A program made the translations under genes and the position numbers. The notes beneath the pieces are model-generated. The model was not told the DNA's origin and did no database searches. It saw only the letters and a program-made list of their open reading frames with translations. This document shows, piece after piece, positions 45,918 through 55,597 of a stretch of 64,000 nucleotides of DNA; position 1 is the first letter of the stretch, and each line of letters opens with the position of its first letter. Source of the DNA: Candidatus Pacebacteria bacterium UBA6180 (lineage in GTDB: Bacteria > Patescibacteriota > Microgenomatia > UBA1400 > PJMF01); contig DITQ01000001.1 in NCBI GenBank assembly GCA_002422165.1, positions 7,919-71,918 of the forward strand, in the 5' to 3' direction.

Positions 45918-46316
45918 TTAGATTTCTTGCCATGAAGTAAGGACGGAGCTACCATTCTCTTCGGCGACAATCGCTTGGAGATGACGGCTGGCTGTGGCGT
46001 TTTCGCCGACCACCGTGACTATTCTATTTGTTCCGTCTGCAACCACTGTAATTGTGGCAGTTCCTGCAGTCAAAGTCAACGTTTCTCCAGAGTAATTAGG
46101 ATCTCGGATTAGGCGTATCAAGGCATTCTCCATGCCTGCTTCAGCCAGAGTCAGGGCTTGCTCTGCTGCAATAAATTGGCGGCTTGAACTAGCTTGGATG
46201 ACAGTTAGAGTGATGCCCAAGGTGATAATAATAATTGCCACCGCGCTAAACACCAAAACTGTGGTTAGGGCCATGCCACTTTGAGTTTGCTGGTGTTTGG
46301 TGGGGGTTTTTGTCAT
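45918..46316 (-). CDS. PilX/GspK-like minor pilin
   Basis: SG|MALTTVLV (no Glu5), LAEAGMENAL, C-terminal WQEI. Confidence 0.8.
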   Translation of the reverse strand: MTKTPTKHQQTQSGMALTTVLVFSAVAIIIITLGITLTVIQASSSRQFIAAEQALTLAEAGMENALIRLIRDPNYSGETLTLTAGTATITVVADGTNRIVTVVGENATASRHLQAIVAEENGSSVLTSWQEI

Positions 46317-46810
46317 CAGCGTAGTCCCGTCGTAAATTCTAAGGTTTTGGTCAGATTGTCGCCGGCTTGATGCAGCTCAACTTCAACGGTGATTGAAGTT
46401 GCATCTTCACCATTGCCAAGTCTAGTGAAACTTAAATTGCTGGCAGTGATGCTATTACTAAGCAAACTCGCACTCTGATCGTCTTCGACAATAATAATCT
46501 TATCGTCGCTAAGTAAATAATGCACTTGGTGATCTTCAAAATTGAGAGTTAGTGTGCCGGTGGTTTCGCCGTCGCTACTTGGACTAACAATTGAATTAGC
46601 TTGGTAGAGATCGTGTTGGAAGCGGCTCATCAAGTACCAGCTGTCTGCATCTAAATTAGCTGCCGTGGCGGCGTCACTTTGTGTTTCCAGCGTGGAAATG
46701 AAAAAAGCACTCAAGATAGTCAGCAAACCAGAGAATAAACCCATATAAATCAGCAACTCGAGGAGAGTGAAGCCGCGCTGTGATTTTGTGATAATTGAGG
46801 TGCTTGGCAT
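46316..46810 (-). CDS. PilW/GspJ-like minor pilin
   Basis: RG|FTLLELLIYM. Confidence 0.85.
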   Translation of the reverse strand: MPSTSIITKSQRGFTLLELLIYMGLFSGLLTILSAFFISTLETQSDAATAANLDADSWYLMSRFQHDLYQANSIVSPSSDGETTGTLTLNFEDHQVHYLLSDDKIIIVEDDQSASLLSNSITASNLSFTRLGNGEDATSITVEVELHQAGDNLTKTLEFTTGLR

Positions 46811-46811
46811 G

Positions 46812-48767
46812 TTATGGTGAATAATTGATGGTAATGTCTTCGAGCATTGGAGTGAGCAGGATGTCGGTGGTGTCGAAGAAAGCCTTATATTTGAAACAGC
46901 GTGCTGGATTGTTATGTCCACCAGCTTGATTGTCAAAAGGAATAGCGCTGAGCTCACCAGTAAAGTATTCGTCTATGGCGCCACCTGGGCCAACGAAACT
47001 GTAGCTAGCGTCCTCGCAGCTGCTTGGCCCAAGTGGCGCACCTGCAACTTGCAAGCGAAGGGTAGTACCATCCGGCACATTGCCGGTAAAAGACAAACGG
47101 TTGTAGGCAGTGTTACTACCAGTGTCGAAGGCCGCTGATTCATATTGGCCGGTCATAGAGTAAGAGCCACCTGGTCCGCCTTCGATAACCTTAAGCTCGC
47201 TGTTGGCTTGACCAGTGTTGATGTAGGCGTAAGCGTCGGTGTCATCTTCGACCACGGTGGCGATGTCCCAAATGCCGCTGTCTTCGTTGAAGCCGCCGCA
47301 GCGAGTAGGATTGGTTTCTGGAGAGATGGTGACCACTTGGTATTCTTCGCCACCCACTCCGACGATAACTGCTCGATTGCCAGAGAGGACCAGGTCGACC
47401 GCCTTGGGATCCATACCATTGGTATCATAGGAGGCAATCACCGAGAGGCTGTTTTTGTTCTCGGTGTTAATGATGAAAAATTCATTTCTGCTGGCATCAC
47501 CAGCAGTCACCAGATAAGCGCGATGCCCCTCTGGAGAGATGTAGACATCGCGAGCTTGGCCGCCGTTGACAGTGAGGCTGCCTAGCATCGTCATGCTGCT
47601 TGGATTGCTGACATCGACCAGGCGCAGTTGGTTGCTAGTGGCAGCGAGACTGACGTAGGCCACTCCATCTACCACATAGACGCTGCTGCCGTTTGCTCCC
47701 AAGCCAATGCTGCCCATGCCTGCCTGTGAAGCTGAACCGACAATTGGGTCAGCTGAGAAGCGATAAAGTGTCGAGCCAGCAATCACGTAACCCACGCCAT
47801 CTAGAACGTAAATACTTAGTGCGCTGTTGGGACCAGGAATGTCGTAATAGCCGGCGAGTGTCATATTGTTTAAATTGACGATGGCGACTTCTCTAGCATT
47901 AGTATCGGTGGCGAGGAAGCCATGTTGATCAGTGCCGAAGACATCGTTGGTTTTATAGCCGTCAAAAGTGCCTGCTAGCGTGGTCACTGGCGGATAAGCG
48001 TCGGTCACGGTCACGTAAGCTAGGGAAACTCCAGAGGCATTTTCGCCAGTTGTCGAAAAAATCTTACCCTGAATAGCGGTGATGGCGCGAGCTGCACCCT
48101 GCCTGGGTAAATCAAGCTGACTGACCGCCGCGCTTCCCGGCTCACACCAGTTACCGCGCCCTGGCCCGGCAGCATCGAGGGTAATCTCACCACCATCATT
48201 TTCTGTAAAAACGACTGAAGTTGCGACATGGCCAGCGCGAGAAAAATCAGCTACCGTAGTATCGATAAAAGCCAAATTATCCAGATATCTAGTCATGTAG
48301 ATGGTGTTGCTGTAAGTGGAAACAAGGGGCTGATTCCAAGAGACAGTGATGGTAATGGCTTTGGTCGAAGGGTCAAGCGTACCGCCAAGCAGAGTAATGT
48401 TGCCGAGAGCATCGCGAAAAACGTCGGCTATCATTATCGAGCGAGTCATGCCAGAATCAGGATTGATCACTTCACTACCTGGAGCCAAAGTCCAGCTAGT
48501 GGCGGTGGTCTGTGGATGAAAAGTGCCGTTTTGGGCAATCTGGTCCCAGCCTTGCTCGCGAATGACTCGCAAAGCCTCAATGGTTTCCTGATAGACGGCG
48601 GCTGCTTGGCGCCTTTGTTCTTGTTGCGGCTTGCCTTCTCTGGTGGCGATGAAGCCAGTAAACAAAGTGCTGACCAAAAAGCCAAAAATAGCCATCGCCA
48701 TCAAGAGCTCGATTAGCGAATAGCCTTGCTGTGCTGATGGCGCTAGTGGTTTATTCTGGTATGCCAT
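46812..48767 (-). CDS. Large pilin-adhesin fusion (pilin N-terminus plus LVIVD-like beta-propeller)
   Basis: QG|YSLIELL; repeats such as SVYVVDGVAYV, LRLVDVSNP, DVYISPEGHRAY. Confidence 0.82.
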   Translation of the reverse strand: MAYQNKPLAPSAQQGYSLIELLMAMAIFGFLVSTLFTGFIATREGKPQQEQRRQAAAVYQETIEALRVIREQGWDQIAQNGTFHPQTTATSWTLAPGSEVINPDSGMTRSIMIADVFRDALGNITLLGGTLDPSTKAITITVSWNQPLVSTYSNTIYMTRYLDNLAFIDTTVADFSRAGHVATSVVFTENDGGEITLDAAGPGRGNWCEPGSAAVSQLDLPRQGAARAITAIQGKIFSTTGENASGVSLAYVTVTDAYPPVTTLAGTFDGYKTNDVFGTDQHGFLATDTNAREVAIVNLNNMTLAGYYDIPGPNSALSIYVLDGVGYVIAGSTLYRFSADPIVGSASQAGMGSIGLGANGSSVYVVDGVAYVSLAATSNQLRLVDVSNPSSMTMLGSLTVNGGQARDVYISPEGHRAYLVTAGDASRNEFFIINTENKNSLSVIASYDTNGMDPKAVDLVLSGNRAVIVGVGGEEYQVVTISPETNPTRCGGFNEDSGIWDIATVVEDDTDAYAYINTGQANSELKVIEGGPGGSYSMTGQYESAAFDTGSNTAYNRLSFTGNVPDGTTLRLQVAGAPLGPSSCEDASYSFVGPGGAIDEYFTGELSAIPFDNQAGGHNNPARCFKYKAFFDTTDILLTPMLEDITINYSP

Positions 48768-49266
48768 AAGGATTGAGGGTGATTAGTCTGGTGTCGCCGG
48801 TCAAAGTATCGCTGATAGTAATAGTGTGGTTGTTGCCAGTAGAATTTAGAATTTCGCCGCGGCCACGAGTGAAGATTACTACCTGATCTGGTAAAGTCGT
48901 ACTCAGCCTGATGTAGTTAGTCAGGGAAGTGACTAGGTTGCCGGGTGAATCTGGGTCGAAGCTATCGCCCTCAAAAAGAGTGTACCTGTCAGTTTGCAAA
49001 TAGATACCGTAAGTGTCGACTTCGCCAGCGCTATTTTTCTCGCCAGTCATGGCTTTGAGTTGCTGACTACGCAGCTCGGCAGTCAAGACTTCAGTCGTAG
49101 AAACTAAATTAGCTCTAGGAATGAGCCTGGAGAGCAAGACGCTGCTGACGCCAAACAAGGTGGCGATAATTGCCATGATAATCATAGTTTCTACCAGGGT
49201 GAAGCCGAGTTGGCGCAAGCGAGGCGGAGAGGTGGGCAGGCGGGTAAACTGCTTCATTACTTTCAT
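48751..49266 (-). CDS. FimT/GspH-like minor pilin
   Basis: LG|FTLVETMIIM, LR..Q.KAM, ITLNPYG. Confidence 0.82.
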   Translation of the reverse strand: MKVMKQFTRLPTSPPRLRQLGFTLVETMIIMAIIATLFGVSSVLLSRLIPRANLVSTTEVLTAELRSQQLKAMTGEKNSAGEVDTYGIYLQTDRYTLFEGDSFDPDSPGNLVTSLTNYIRLSTTLPDQVVIFTRGRGEILNSTGNNHTITISDTLTGDTRLITLNPYGIPE

Positions 49267-49303
49267 TCTAGTATAGTCTGCTGGAGAATGTAATAGAAGG
49301 CTC

Positions 49304-49594
49304 TCAGCAAGGGTTTTGTTTGATTAGGGCGATTTTTTGTTCCCTAGTGAGTTTCTTGATGGCGGCTTCTCTCTGACTAGCCGCACCACGAGTTTCGAAC
49401 TGCTCTGTGTAGCATAATTTGACTGGACCGCGCCCCTTGGTGTAGGCAGCGCCTTGATTGGCGTTATGTTTGGCCAGGCGCTTAGTCAGGTCATTGCTGA
49501 TGCCGGTGTAGTAAGTGCTGTCAGCGCAAGCGACGATGTAGGTGGTCCAGGTTGGGGTTGGTGGGACGGGTGGGGCAGGCGAAGCAAGGGTCAT
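49304..49594 (-). CDS. GIY-YIG nuclease (YhbQ/UPF0213-like)
   Basis: YIV.CAD.TYYTGISNDL.KRL.KHN..GA.YTKGR, REAAIKKL. Confidence 0.9.
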   Translation of the reverse strand: MTLASPAPPVPPTPTWTTYIVACADSTYYTGISNDLTKRLAKHNANQGAAYTKGRGPVKLCYTEQFETRGAASQREAAIKKLTREQKIALIKQNPC

Positions 49595-49755
49595 GATTTT
49601 TAGTATAGCGTAGTTCTTTAGTGTAAATTAGGTTGCTGCTGTTAGCGAAGTGATTCTAGAGGTATTTTTCCTATTGACGTTTACTCATATAGATGGTGTA
49701 TGATTTGGTTATATTAAGAGGGTTGCAGTGACCCGAAATAGCGAAAGCTTAAAAT

Positions 49756-51567
49756 ATGAAACGCTTATTTTCTTCTTTGTTGATTGGGCTTGTGATGATG
49801 ATGGTCGGGGCTGGAGTTGTCCAGGCTGACACAATTCATTGGGATAAAAAAGGAACAATCGATGGATTTTGTAAAGATTTGAGGCTTAATCCTAATCTGG
49901 AGCCAGGAACTCAAGAATGGCAGTTTAATTTGACAAACTCAATTGAAGACATAAGTTTTTTGAGTGCAGAATTTCAAAACTCAAGTGATTCAGTAGAAAA
50001 TAAAGAACATGATGAATTAGATGGTCCTGTAGCCAAATGGTTTGTGACGACATCGACAGGTGCTAAGCTGGTTTCAGCTAATGCGAGAGAGGGTAAATCT
50101 AACTCTCAGTTAACAGTTTCTCACTGTTATTACAATCCAATTTTACCTCTAGATGTCTCCAAAACAGCCGAGACTTCTTACACTAGAACCTACAAATGGG
50201 ATATTCTCAAAAGTGTAGGTCGAGATGTTATTACACTTGATTCTGAGAATTTGCCAGACATACTTGAGGCAAACTATTTACTTAAAATTTTTGCTGATTT
50301 CGAAGAGCATGATTACGCTGTTTCTGGGACAATCACGATCAAGAACCCGAATCCTGGTCACGATGCTCTAATAAATAGCATAAGCGATGAGTTGAAAATT
50401 GATGACAGCCCCTATCCAGTGGAGCTTACTGACTGTATGGAAGATGATAATGTAATTCCCTTGCCATCTGTTGAGAAGCCATACTTGCTAGAGGCGGGTA
50501 AAACACTAGAGTGTGATTACACTCGTGATCTTGATGGTAAGGTCGCAGGTGTTAATCACGTAGTGGTTGTTACAGCTGAAGCAAGCGATGTCCCTGGGGG
50601 TAATGCTGAAAAGGAGTTTGATTTTGTCGCAACCGAGCCTAAAGAAATTGACAAATGTGTCGATATCTATGACGACAAAGTAAATCTTGAGAATCCCGAG
50701 CTGTGTTTTGATCCAGAAGAATTTGATAATAATGAAGGAGATGAAAGCACTCTTCGCTATGTATACCATAAAGAATACTCTCTTGATTTGTTAACGTTGG
50801 TGGATGGTGATTTGCAGTGCGGTGCGACTGAATTTACAAACACCGCTGAAGTTAGAAGATTGCTTGAAGATCTTGAAGAGTATGACATGGAGGAGCACTT
50901 AATTGCTTCTGACTCAGCCACCGTCTTAGTGACTCTAGAGTGCCCTGTCGCCTGCACCTTGACTCAAGGGTACTGGAAGACTCACTCTCTGTATGGGCCA
51001 GCTTCAAGTGATGAAGTTTGGGATTCGCTTGCAAGTGGTGCTGACACTTCATTTTTCCAAAGTGGCAAAACTTATTACAAAGTCCTCTGGACTGCTCCAG
51101 GAGGAAATGTCTACTACGTCTTGGCTCACCAGTACATTGCAGCGGAGCTAAATATGTTAGCTAAGGCAAGTATGCCAGGAGAGGTGCAGGGAGCATTTGA
51201 TGCGGCTTATGAATTATTAATGGATAGTGATCCGGATAAAGTTGCCGAACTCAAAGGTCAAGCTCGCAACCATTGGACAAGCTTAGCCAAAACCCTTGAT
51301 GACTATAACAATGGCTTAATCGGTCCTGGACACTGTGGTGATGAGCAAATTGCTCCCTCGACTACAGTTGAAGGGCCGGTCTTGCAGACCACTCTTTTGC
51401 AGCCACCAGCAGTTCAAACTGAAGATAGTGGGCAGAAATTCCCATGGGAACTGCAGTTCGCTAAGGATGTCAATCCGCCTGCGATGACTTTATTTAGTGA
51501 TCCTCGCCAGGTGTTACCTGCATTGGCGAATTCAAATGCAAATAGCGCCAAAGGCAAGGCTAAATAG
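49756..51567 (+). CDS. Secreted acidic hypothetical protein (Ig-like repeats)
   Basis: Signal peptide; CTLTQGYWKTH and LDDYNNG motifs. Confidence 0.65.
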   Translation: MKRLFSSLLIGLVMMMVGAGVVQADTIHWDKKGTIDGFCKDLRLNPNLEPGTQEWQFNLTNSIEDISFLSAEFQNSSDSVENKEHDELDGPVAKWFVTTSTGAKLVSANAREGKSNSQLTVSHCYYNPILPLDVSKTAETSYTRTYKWDILKSVGRDVITLDSENLPDILEANYLLKIFADFEEHDYAVSGTITIKNPNPGHDALINSISDELKIDDSPYPVELTDCMEDDNVIPLPSVEKPYLLEAGKTLECDYTRDLDGKVAGVNHVVVVTAEASDVPGGNAEKEFDFVATEPKEIDKCVDIYDDKVNLENPELCFDPEEFDNNEGDESTLRYVYHKEYSLDLLTLVDGDLQCGATEFTNTAEVRRLLEDLEEYDMEEHLIASDSATVLVTLECPVACTLTQGYWKTHSLYGPASSDEVWDSLASGADTSFFQSGKTYYKVLWTAPGGNVYYVLAHQYIAAELNMLAKASMPGEVQGAFDAAYELLMDSDPDKVAELKGQARNHWTSLAKTLDDYNNGLIGPGHCGDEQIAPSTTVEGPVLQTTLLQPPAVQTEDSGQKFPWELQFAKDVNPPAMTLFSDPRQVLPALANSNANSAKGKAK

Positions 51568-51587
51568 TTAGTGCTAAAGTATTTGGC

Positions 51588-52001
51588 CTAGCCAGCCATC
51601 TTGTAGTCTTGGAGCATTTGTTTTAGAGTGTTTATTTTGCCAGAGTAATCAAGCATTTTTCTCATCTCGTGTAGTCTGCTAATGATTTTAGCAGGAGTAG
51701 ACTCAGGAGAACCGAGAAAAACAGGGTTGACTAATTCTTCATCGCTAAACTTTAGCTTTTCAATAATTCCGATTATCTCATTCAACCACAATTTTTTGTC
51801 TTGAAGTGAGATTAAACCTACGAACTCCGGCCCATATTTTCCATGATTTCCGAAAAAATGCGCTATAGCCATGTCGATGGTCCAATTTGACCGATATGTA
51901 GATCGAAAACACTTACGTTGCAATCCTTCTTTGATGGCAGTTAATTGCTTTTTTATTGCTTCTCGAGATAGTAAATGATCTACATAATTATTTTCACGCA
52001 T
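51588..52001 (-). CDS. Hypothetical protein
   Basis: 137-aa ORF filling the intergenic space; no recognised motif. Confidence 0.5.
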   Translation of the reverse strand: MRENNYVDHLLSREAIKKQLTAIKEGLQRKCFRSTYRSNWTIDMAIAHFFGNHGKYGPEFVGLISLQDKKLWLNEIIGIIEKLKFSDEELVNPVFLGSPESTPAKIISRLHEMRKMLDYSGKINTLKQMLQDYKMAG

Positions 52002-52024
52002 GATGCCTTTATATATTTACAACA

Positions 52025-54190
52025 TCACAAGGACTTATTATAAACTGAGGGAAGATTGAGAGTGCTTCTCCCACTCACTATCATGTAGTATCCTCCTAGT
52101 TTGTCGATTGCAGCTACAGTCTTATTCTCAGGATCAACTGTTGAGGAAGGCATAATAGACCAAGTGATGCCGTCAGGAGAGTGTGCAAGTTTAAGCGCAG
52201 AGGGTTTAAAGGGGTGGGTGGGGTCACCAGGAGGGACGAGGTCGAGATCAGTATAGCCTAGGGAGATAATAGAGGGTTTATCTTGTAGAGAAGGAATAAT
52301 GACTGGCGGTTCATTGTTAGAATTTTTGGGAGGATAGGCTTTGTAGAAGATTTTTTGAATACTCCCAACCTGCCAAGCCACTCCACTTCTAGTTTTAATT
52401 CCCATTAGATCACCACCTGTTAACACGGTGTTGGGCTTAGCAGTTAAATGAAGAAGAGAGGATGCAAGATCAGAAGGCACTTGTTTGATTGAAGAGAGGA
52501 AGGCATTAAACTTGAGAGTTTCTGGTTCGATAACCACCGCAACCTTTTGTTCTCCGGGACTCGAGTCTTTTGTTGGCGAGAGGATGGCTCCACTCTTATT
52601 GCCGTGATCGGAATATGGGATTTGAACGATCTCTTCCTGTGTAGAATTGCCTGAATTGGAGTTTGCCAATGAGGTTGGAGACGGAGAGGAAGACGGAGAC
52701 GGAGAAGGAGAGGGATATGAGTACTTGATGATAAAGCCTGGATATATCCCAGTTGGTGTAAATAGCGAGGGAGTGCTGCCTGGATTGAAGTCAACTGAGC
52801 CGGAAACATAACCGGTCAAATAGAGATCATACCCATGACTAATGACGCTAATACCTTCATCATACCCAGCGGATGAACCAAAAGTTTTGACCCACGCCAG
52901 CTCGCCTGAGGTGTTAAAAGCACTCACGAAAACATCATGAAGGTAACTACCAGCTGGAGCGGTATGAATAACTGTTTCCGGGCCAGGATCAAAGTCGACA
53001 CTGCTCTCAAAAATTCCCGTGACGTAGATATTATTGTTTGCATCTATATGAAGAGCTTTTTGCCAAGCGACGCTGTCATATCCTGTCCCACCCCAAGTTT
53101 TGGTCCAGGCGTAGGTGCCGTCGGCATTATATCTGGTCAAGAAAATTTCCCTACCTCCATTTGAACTTCTTAGGTCAGAACCTTCAGGGTTAAAGTTAAC
53201 TTCGCCATCTCCAAAATAGCCACTTAGATAGATATTATTATCGCTGTCAACGGCGATCGAATAGCCAACGTCTTCTTCTATTCCACCCCAAGTTTTGGTC
53301 CAGGCGTAGGTGCCGTTGGCATTATGCTTAGTTAAAAAGATGTCGGAAGTCCCATTTGAACTTTTTAGGTCAGATCCTTCAGGGTTGAAATTAACATCGA
53401 CATCCCCGAAAAATCCGCTCATATAAAGGTTATCACTTGAGTCGAAGGCAATTGAATTGCCATAGTCATATCCTTCTCCTCCCCAAGTTTTGGTCCAGGC
53501 GTAAGTGCCGTTGGCATTATATTTGGTCAAGAAAACGTCGGAATTTCCATTTGAGTTCTTTATGTCAGATCCTTCAGGGTTGAAGTTAACATCGGTGCCT
53601 TCAAAATACCCGATCATATAAAGGTTGCCGCTGCTATCAATTGTGATCGATTGGATTGCATCGTCTCCCATCGTAGCTCCCCAAACCTTGGTCCAGGCGT
53701 AGGTGCCGTTGGCATTGTATTTGGTCAAGAAAATGTCAAAATATCCATTTGAACTTTTTAGGTCAGATCCTTCAGGGTTAAAGTTAACATCGGTCCCCAT
53801 AAACAGCCCACCCAAATAAATGTTATTATCTAGATCAATAACAATTGAGAAACCTGAGTCCCACCCCGTTCCTCCCCAAGTTTTGGTCCAGGCGTAGGTG
53901 CCGTCGACATTATATTTAGTCAAGAAAATGTCCCAATCTCCATTTGAACTTTTTAGATCAGAACCAGCAGGATTGAAATTGACATTGCTGCCTTTAAAAT
54001 AGCCGACGAGATACATATTGCCCAGGTTGTCAAAGGTGATTTGCGAAGGTTTTAATCTGGCGCTGGTGCCATCGATACTGACAACCGACTGAAAGGATGG
54101 AGGAATAAGGGTGTCAGTCGCTTTAGCCATGCCTGGAAGAGAGAGAAGCAGCAAAAACGAAAACAAGACCAAACCAAAAGCTTTACGCAT
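52025..54190 (-). CDS. Secreted SBBP-like beta-propeller repeat protein
   Basis: Signal peptide; repeated VNFNPEGSDLKSSNG..DIFLTKYNANGTYAWTKTWGG; SP linker. Confidence 0.85.
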   Translation of the reverse strand: MRKAFGLVLFSFLLLLSLPGMAKATDTLIPPSFQSVVSIDGTSARLKPSQITFDNLGNMYLVGYFKGSNVNFNPAGSDLKSSNGDWDIFLTKYNVDGTYAWTKTWGGTGWDSGFSIVIDLDNNIYLGGLFMGTDVNFNPEGSDLKSSNGYFDIFLTKYNANGTYAWTKVWGATMGDDAIQSITIDSSGNLYMIGYFEGTDVNFNPEGSDIKNSNGNSDVFLTKYNANGTYAWTKTWGGEGYDYGNSIAFDSSDNLYMSGFFGDVDVNFNPEGSDLKSSNGTSDIFLTKHNANGTYAWTKTWGGIEEDVGYSIAVDSDNNIYLSGYFGDGEVNFNPEGSDLRSSNGGREIFLTRYNADGTYAWTKTWGGTGYDSVAWQKALHIDANNNIYVTGIFESSVDFDPGPETVIHTAPAGSYLHDVFVSAFNTSGELAWVKTFGSSAGYDEGISVISHGYDLYLTGYVSGSVDFNPGSTPSLFTPTGIYPGFIIKYSYPSPSPSPSSSPSPTSLANSNSGNSTQEEIVQIPYSDHGNKSGAILSPTKDSSPGEQKVAVVIEPETLKFNAFLSSIKQVPSDLASSLLHLTAKPNTVLTGGDLMGIKTRSGVAWQVGSIQKIFYKAYPPKNSNNEPPVIIPSLQDKPSIISLGYTDLDLVPPGDPTHPFKPSALKLAHSPDGITWSIMPSSTVDPENKTVAAIDKLGGYYMIVSGRSTLNLPSVYNKSL
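53080..54000. repeat. About five intragenic tandem repeats of roughly 195 bp
   Basis: CCCCAAGTTTTGGTCCAGGCGTAGGTGCCGT-like block near 53091, 53287, 53481, 53680, 53875. Confidence 0.88.
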
Positions 54191-54255
54191 GACAATATTA
54201 ATTATATGTAAATATGGGAATCAATTCAATTAGACAATAATTGTTATAATTAATT

Positions 54256-55356
54256 ATGACTAACAATCAATTAAATATTGGATTTATTGGGTGTGGAAGA
54301 ATTGCTGCTCTTCATAGATTGGGATATTTAAATAATCCTCATGCTAAATTGATGGCAATTTGTACTCCTCATAAAACTGAACTAAATAAAATTGCCAAAG
54401 AGTGGAAAATTTCGACTGTTTACACAGATTATCGAGAAATGTTGGCAAATCCACAAATAGACCTCGTTGAAATTTTGACGCCTCACAACACTCATTTCCA
54501 GATAGCGAAAGATTCCGCTCTAGCAAAAAAACACATTAGTTTACAAAAAGTTCCCGTCATGACTCTCACTCAGTATGACGAACTGGTCGAAATTGTCAAA
54601 AAAAATAAGGTTAAATTTAGAGTTTTTGAAAATTTTCGCTTTCATAAGCCATATCAGAGAGCTTTAGAATTAGTTAAAAGTGGCAAATTAGGCAAAGTTA
54701 AGACTGTCAACCAAAGAATGTGGGCAAGCTACAAAACCAGCGTAGAATGGCCATATCCTCTCAAATCTTTAGCCTGGAGAATTAAAGAAGACACAAACTA
54801 TTCTTCTCCAACTATATTTGATGATGGTTTCCACAAGCACAGTATTGCTCAATTATTTTTACCTAAAATCAGCAGTGTCAAAGTATGGTGTCAAAAAGCA
54901 AAATTTAAAGGAATCATCCCACTAGATGTTCCAAGTGTGGTTATTTACGAAACAAATCAAAAAGACACCTACGGCACATGGAACGTCTCAACTTATCCCA
55001 ATTTACCATTAAAGTCCCACTATTATAGCTGTGATGAGCTATTAGAGATTACTTTGGAGCGAGGTTTAATTATTGTGTATGGCTGTACCGGAGATATGTT
55101 TGACAAAGGGATTGACTGGATGGATGAAAAGGGTGTCTGGAATAATGAAATTATTACCGATTCGGATTGGAAATATTCATTCATTAGTTCAACTCAAAAT
55201 TTTATTGATTCAATCTTGTTTAACAAAAATGCCAGTCTGAATGAGAAAGACGCGCGCGGCGTATTAAAAGTTACTTTGGCTGCGGTAAAAAGCCTTAAAA
55301 ATGATGGAGCGACTGTCGGCACCTCTGACGATGAAATTAGAACTGTTCGTCCTTAG
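54256..55356 (+). CDS. Gfo/Idh/MocA family oxidoreductase
   Basis: IGFIGCGRIA, TPH..H, QKVP, ENFRF, DDGFH. Confidence 0.9.
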   Translation: MTNNQLNIGFIGCGRIAALHRLGYLNNPHAKLMAICTPHKTELNKIAKEWKISTVYTDYREMLANPQIDLVEILTPHNTHFQIAKDSALAKKHISLQKVPVMTLTQYDELVEIVKKNKVKFRVFENFRFHKPYQRALELVKSGKLGKVKTVNQRMWASYKTSVEWPYPLKSLAWRIKEDTNYSSPTIFDDGFHKHSIAQLFLPKISSVKVWCQKAKFKGIIPLDVPSVVIYETNQKDTYGTWNVSTYPNLPLKSHYYSCDELLEITLERGLIIVYGCTGDMFDKGIDWMDEKGVWNNEIITDSDWKYSFISSTQNFIDSILFNKNASLNEKDARGVLKVTLAAVKSLKNDGATVGTSDDEIRTVRP

Positions 55357-55376
55357 TAAAACCTATTTTTTTCTTG

Positions 55377-55448
55377 TGACCCCATGGGGAATCGAACCCC
55401 AGTTATCGGGATGAGAACCCGATGTCCTAACCACTAGACGATGGGGCC
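55377..55448 (-). tRNA. tRNA-Glu(CTC), CCA not encoded
   Basis: GGCCCCA/TGGGGTC acceptor stem, TCGGG-TTCTCAT-CCCGA anticodon arm, GGTTCGATTCC. Confidence 0.95.
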
Positions 55449-55597
55449 ATTTTTTATCAGGCTGTTAACTCTGAAGATGTCTGGCGAGGGAATTATAGCA
55501 AAAGTTTGCTGATTTGCTAAGGTCTCTACAAACAGCTATTGGGAGAGGCCTTGAACTCTACACTTCTTGCAATCTTGGTGAGGGATAATTTCCTTAG

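Noticed and set aside
49715-49755. c-di-GMP riboswitch upstream of the secreted protein
   Set aside because: Only two tiny hairpins (one GAAA loop); the GEMM consensus elements are missing.
53080-54000. CRISPR array or DGR template/variable repeat
   Set aside because: The repeats are in-frame protein repeats with homologous intervening sequence; there is no cas or reverse transcriptase gene, and differences do not appear adenine-specific.
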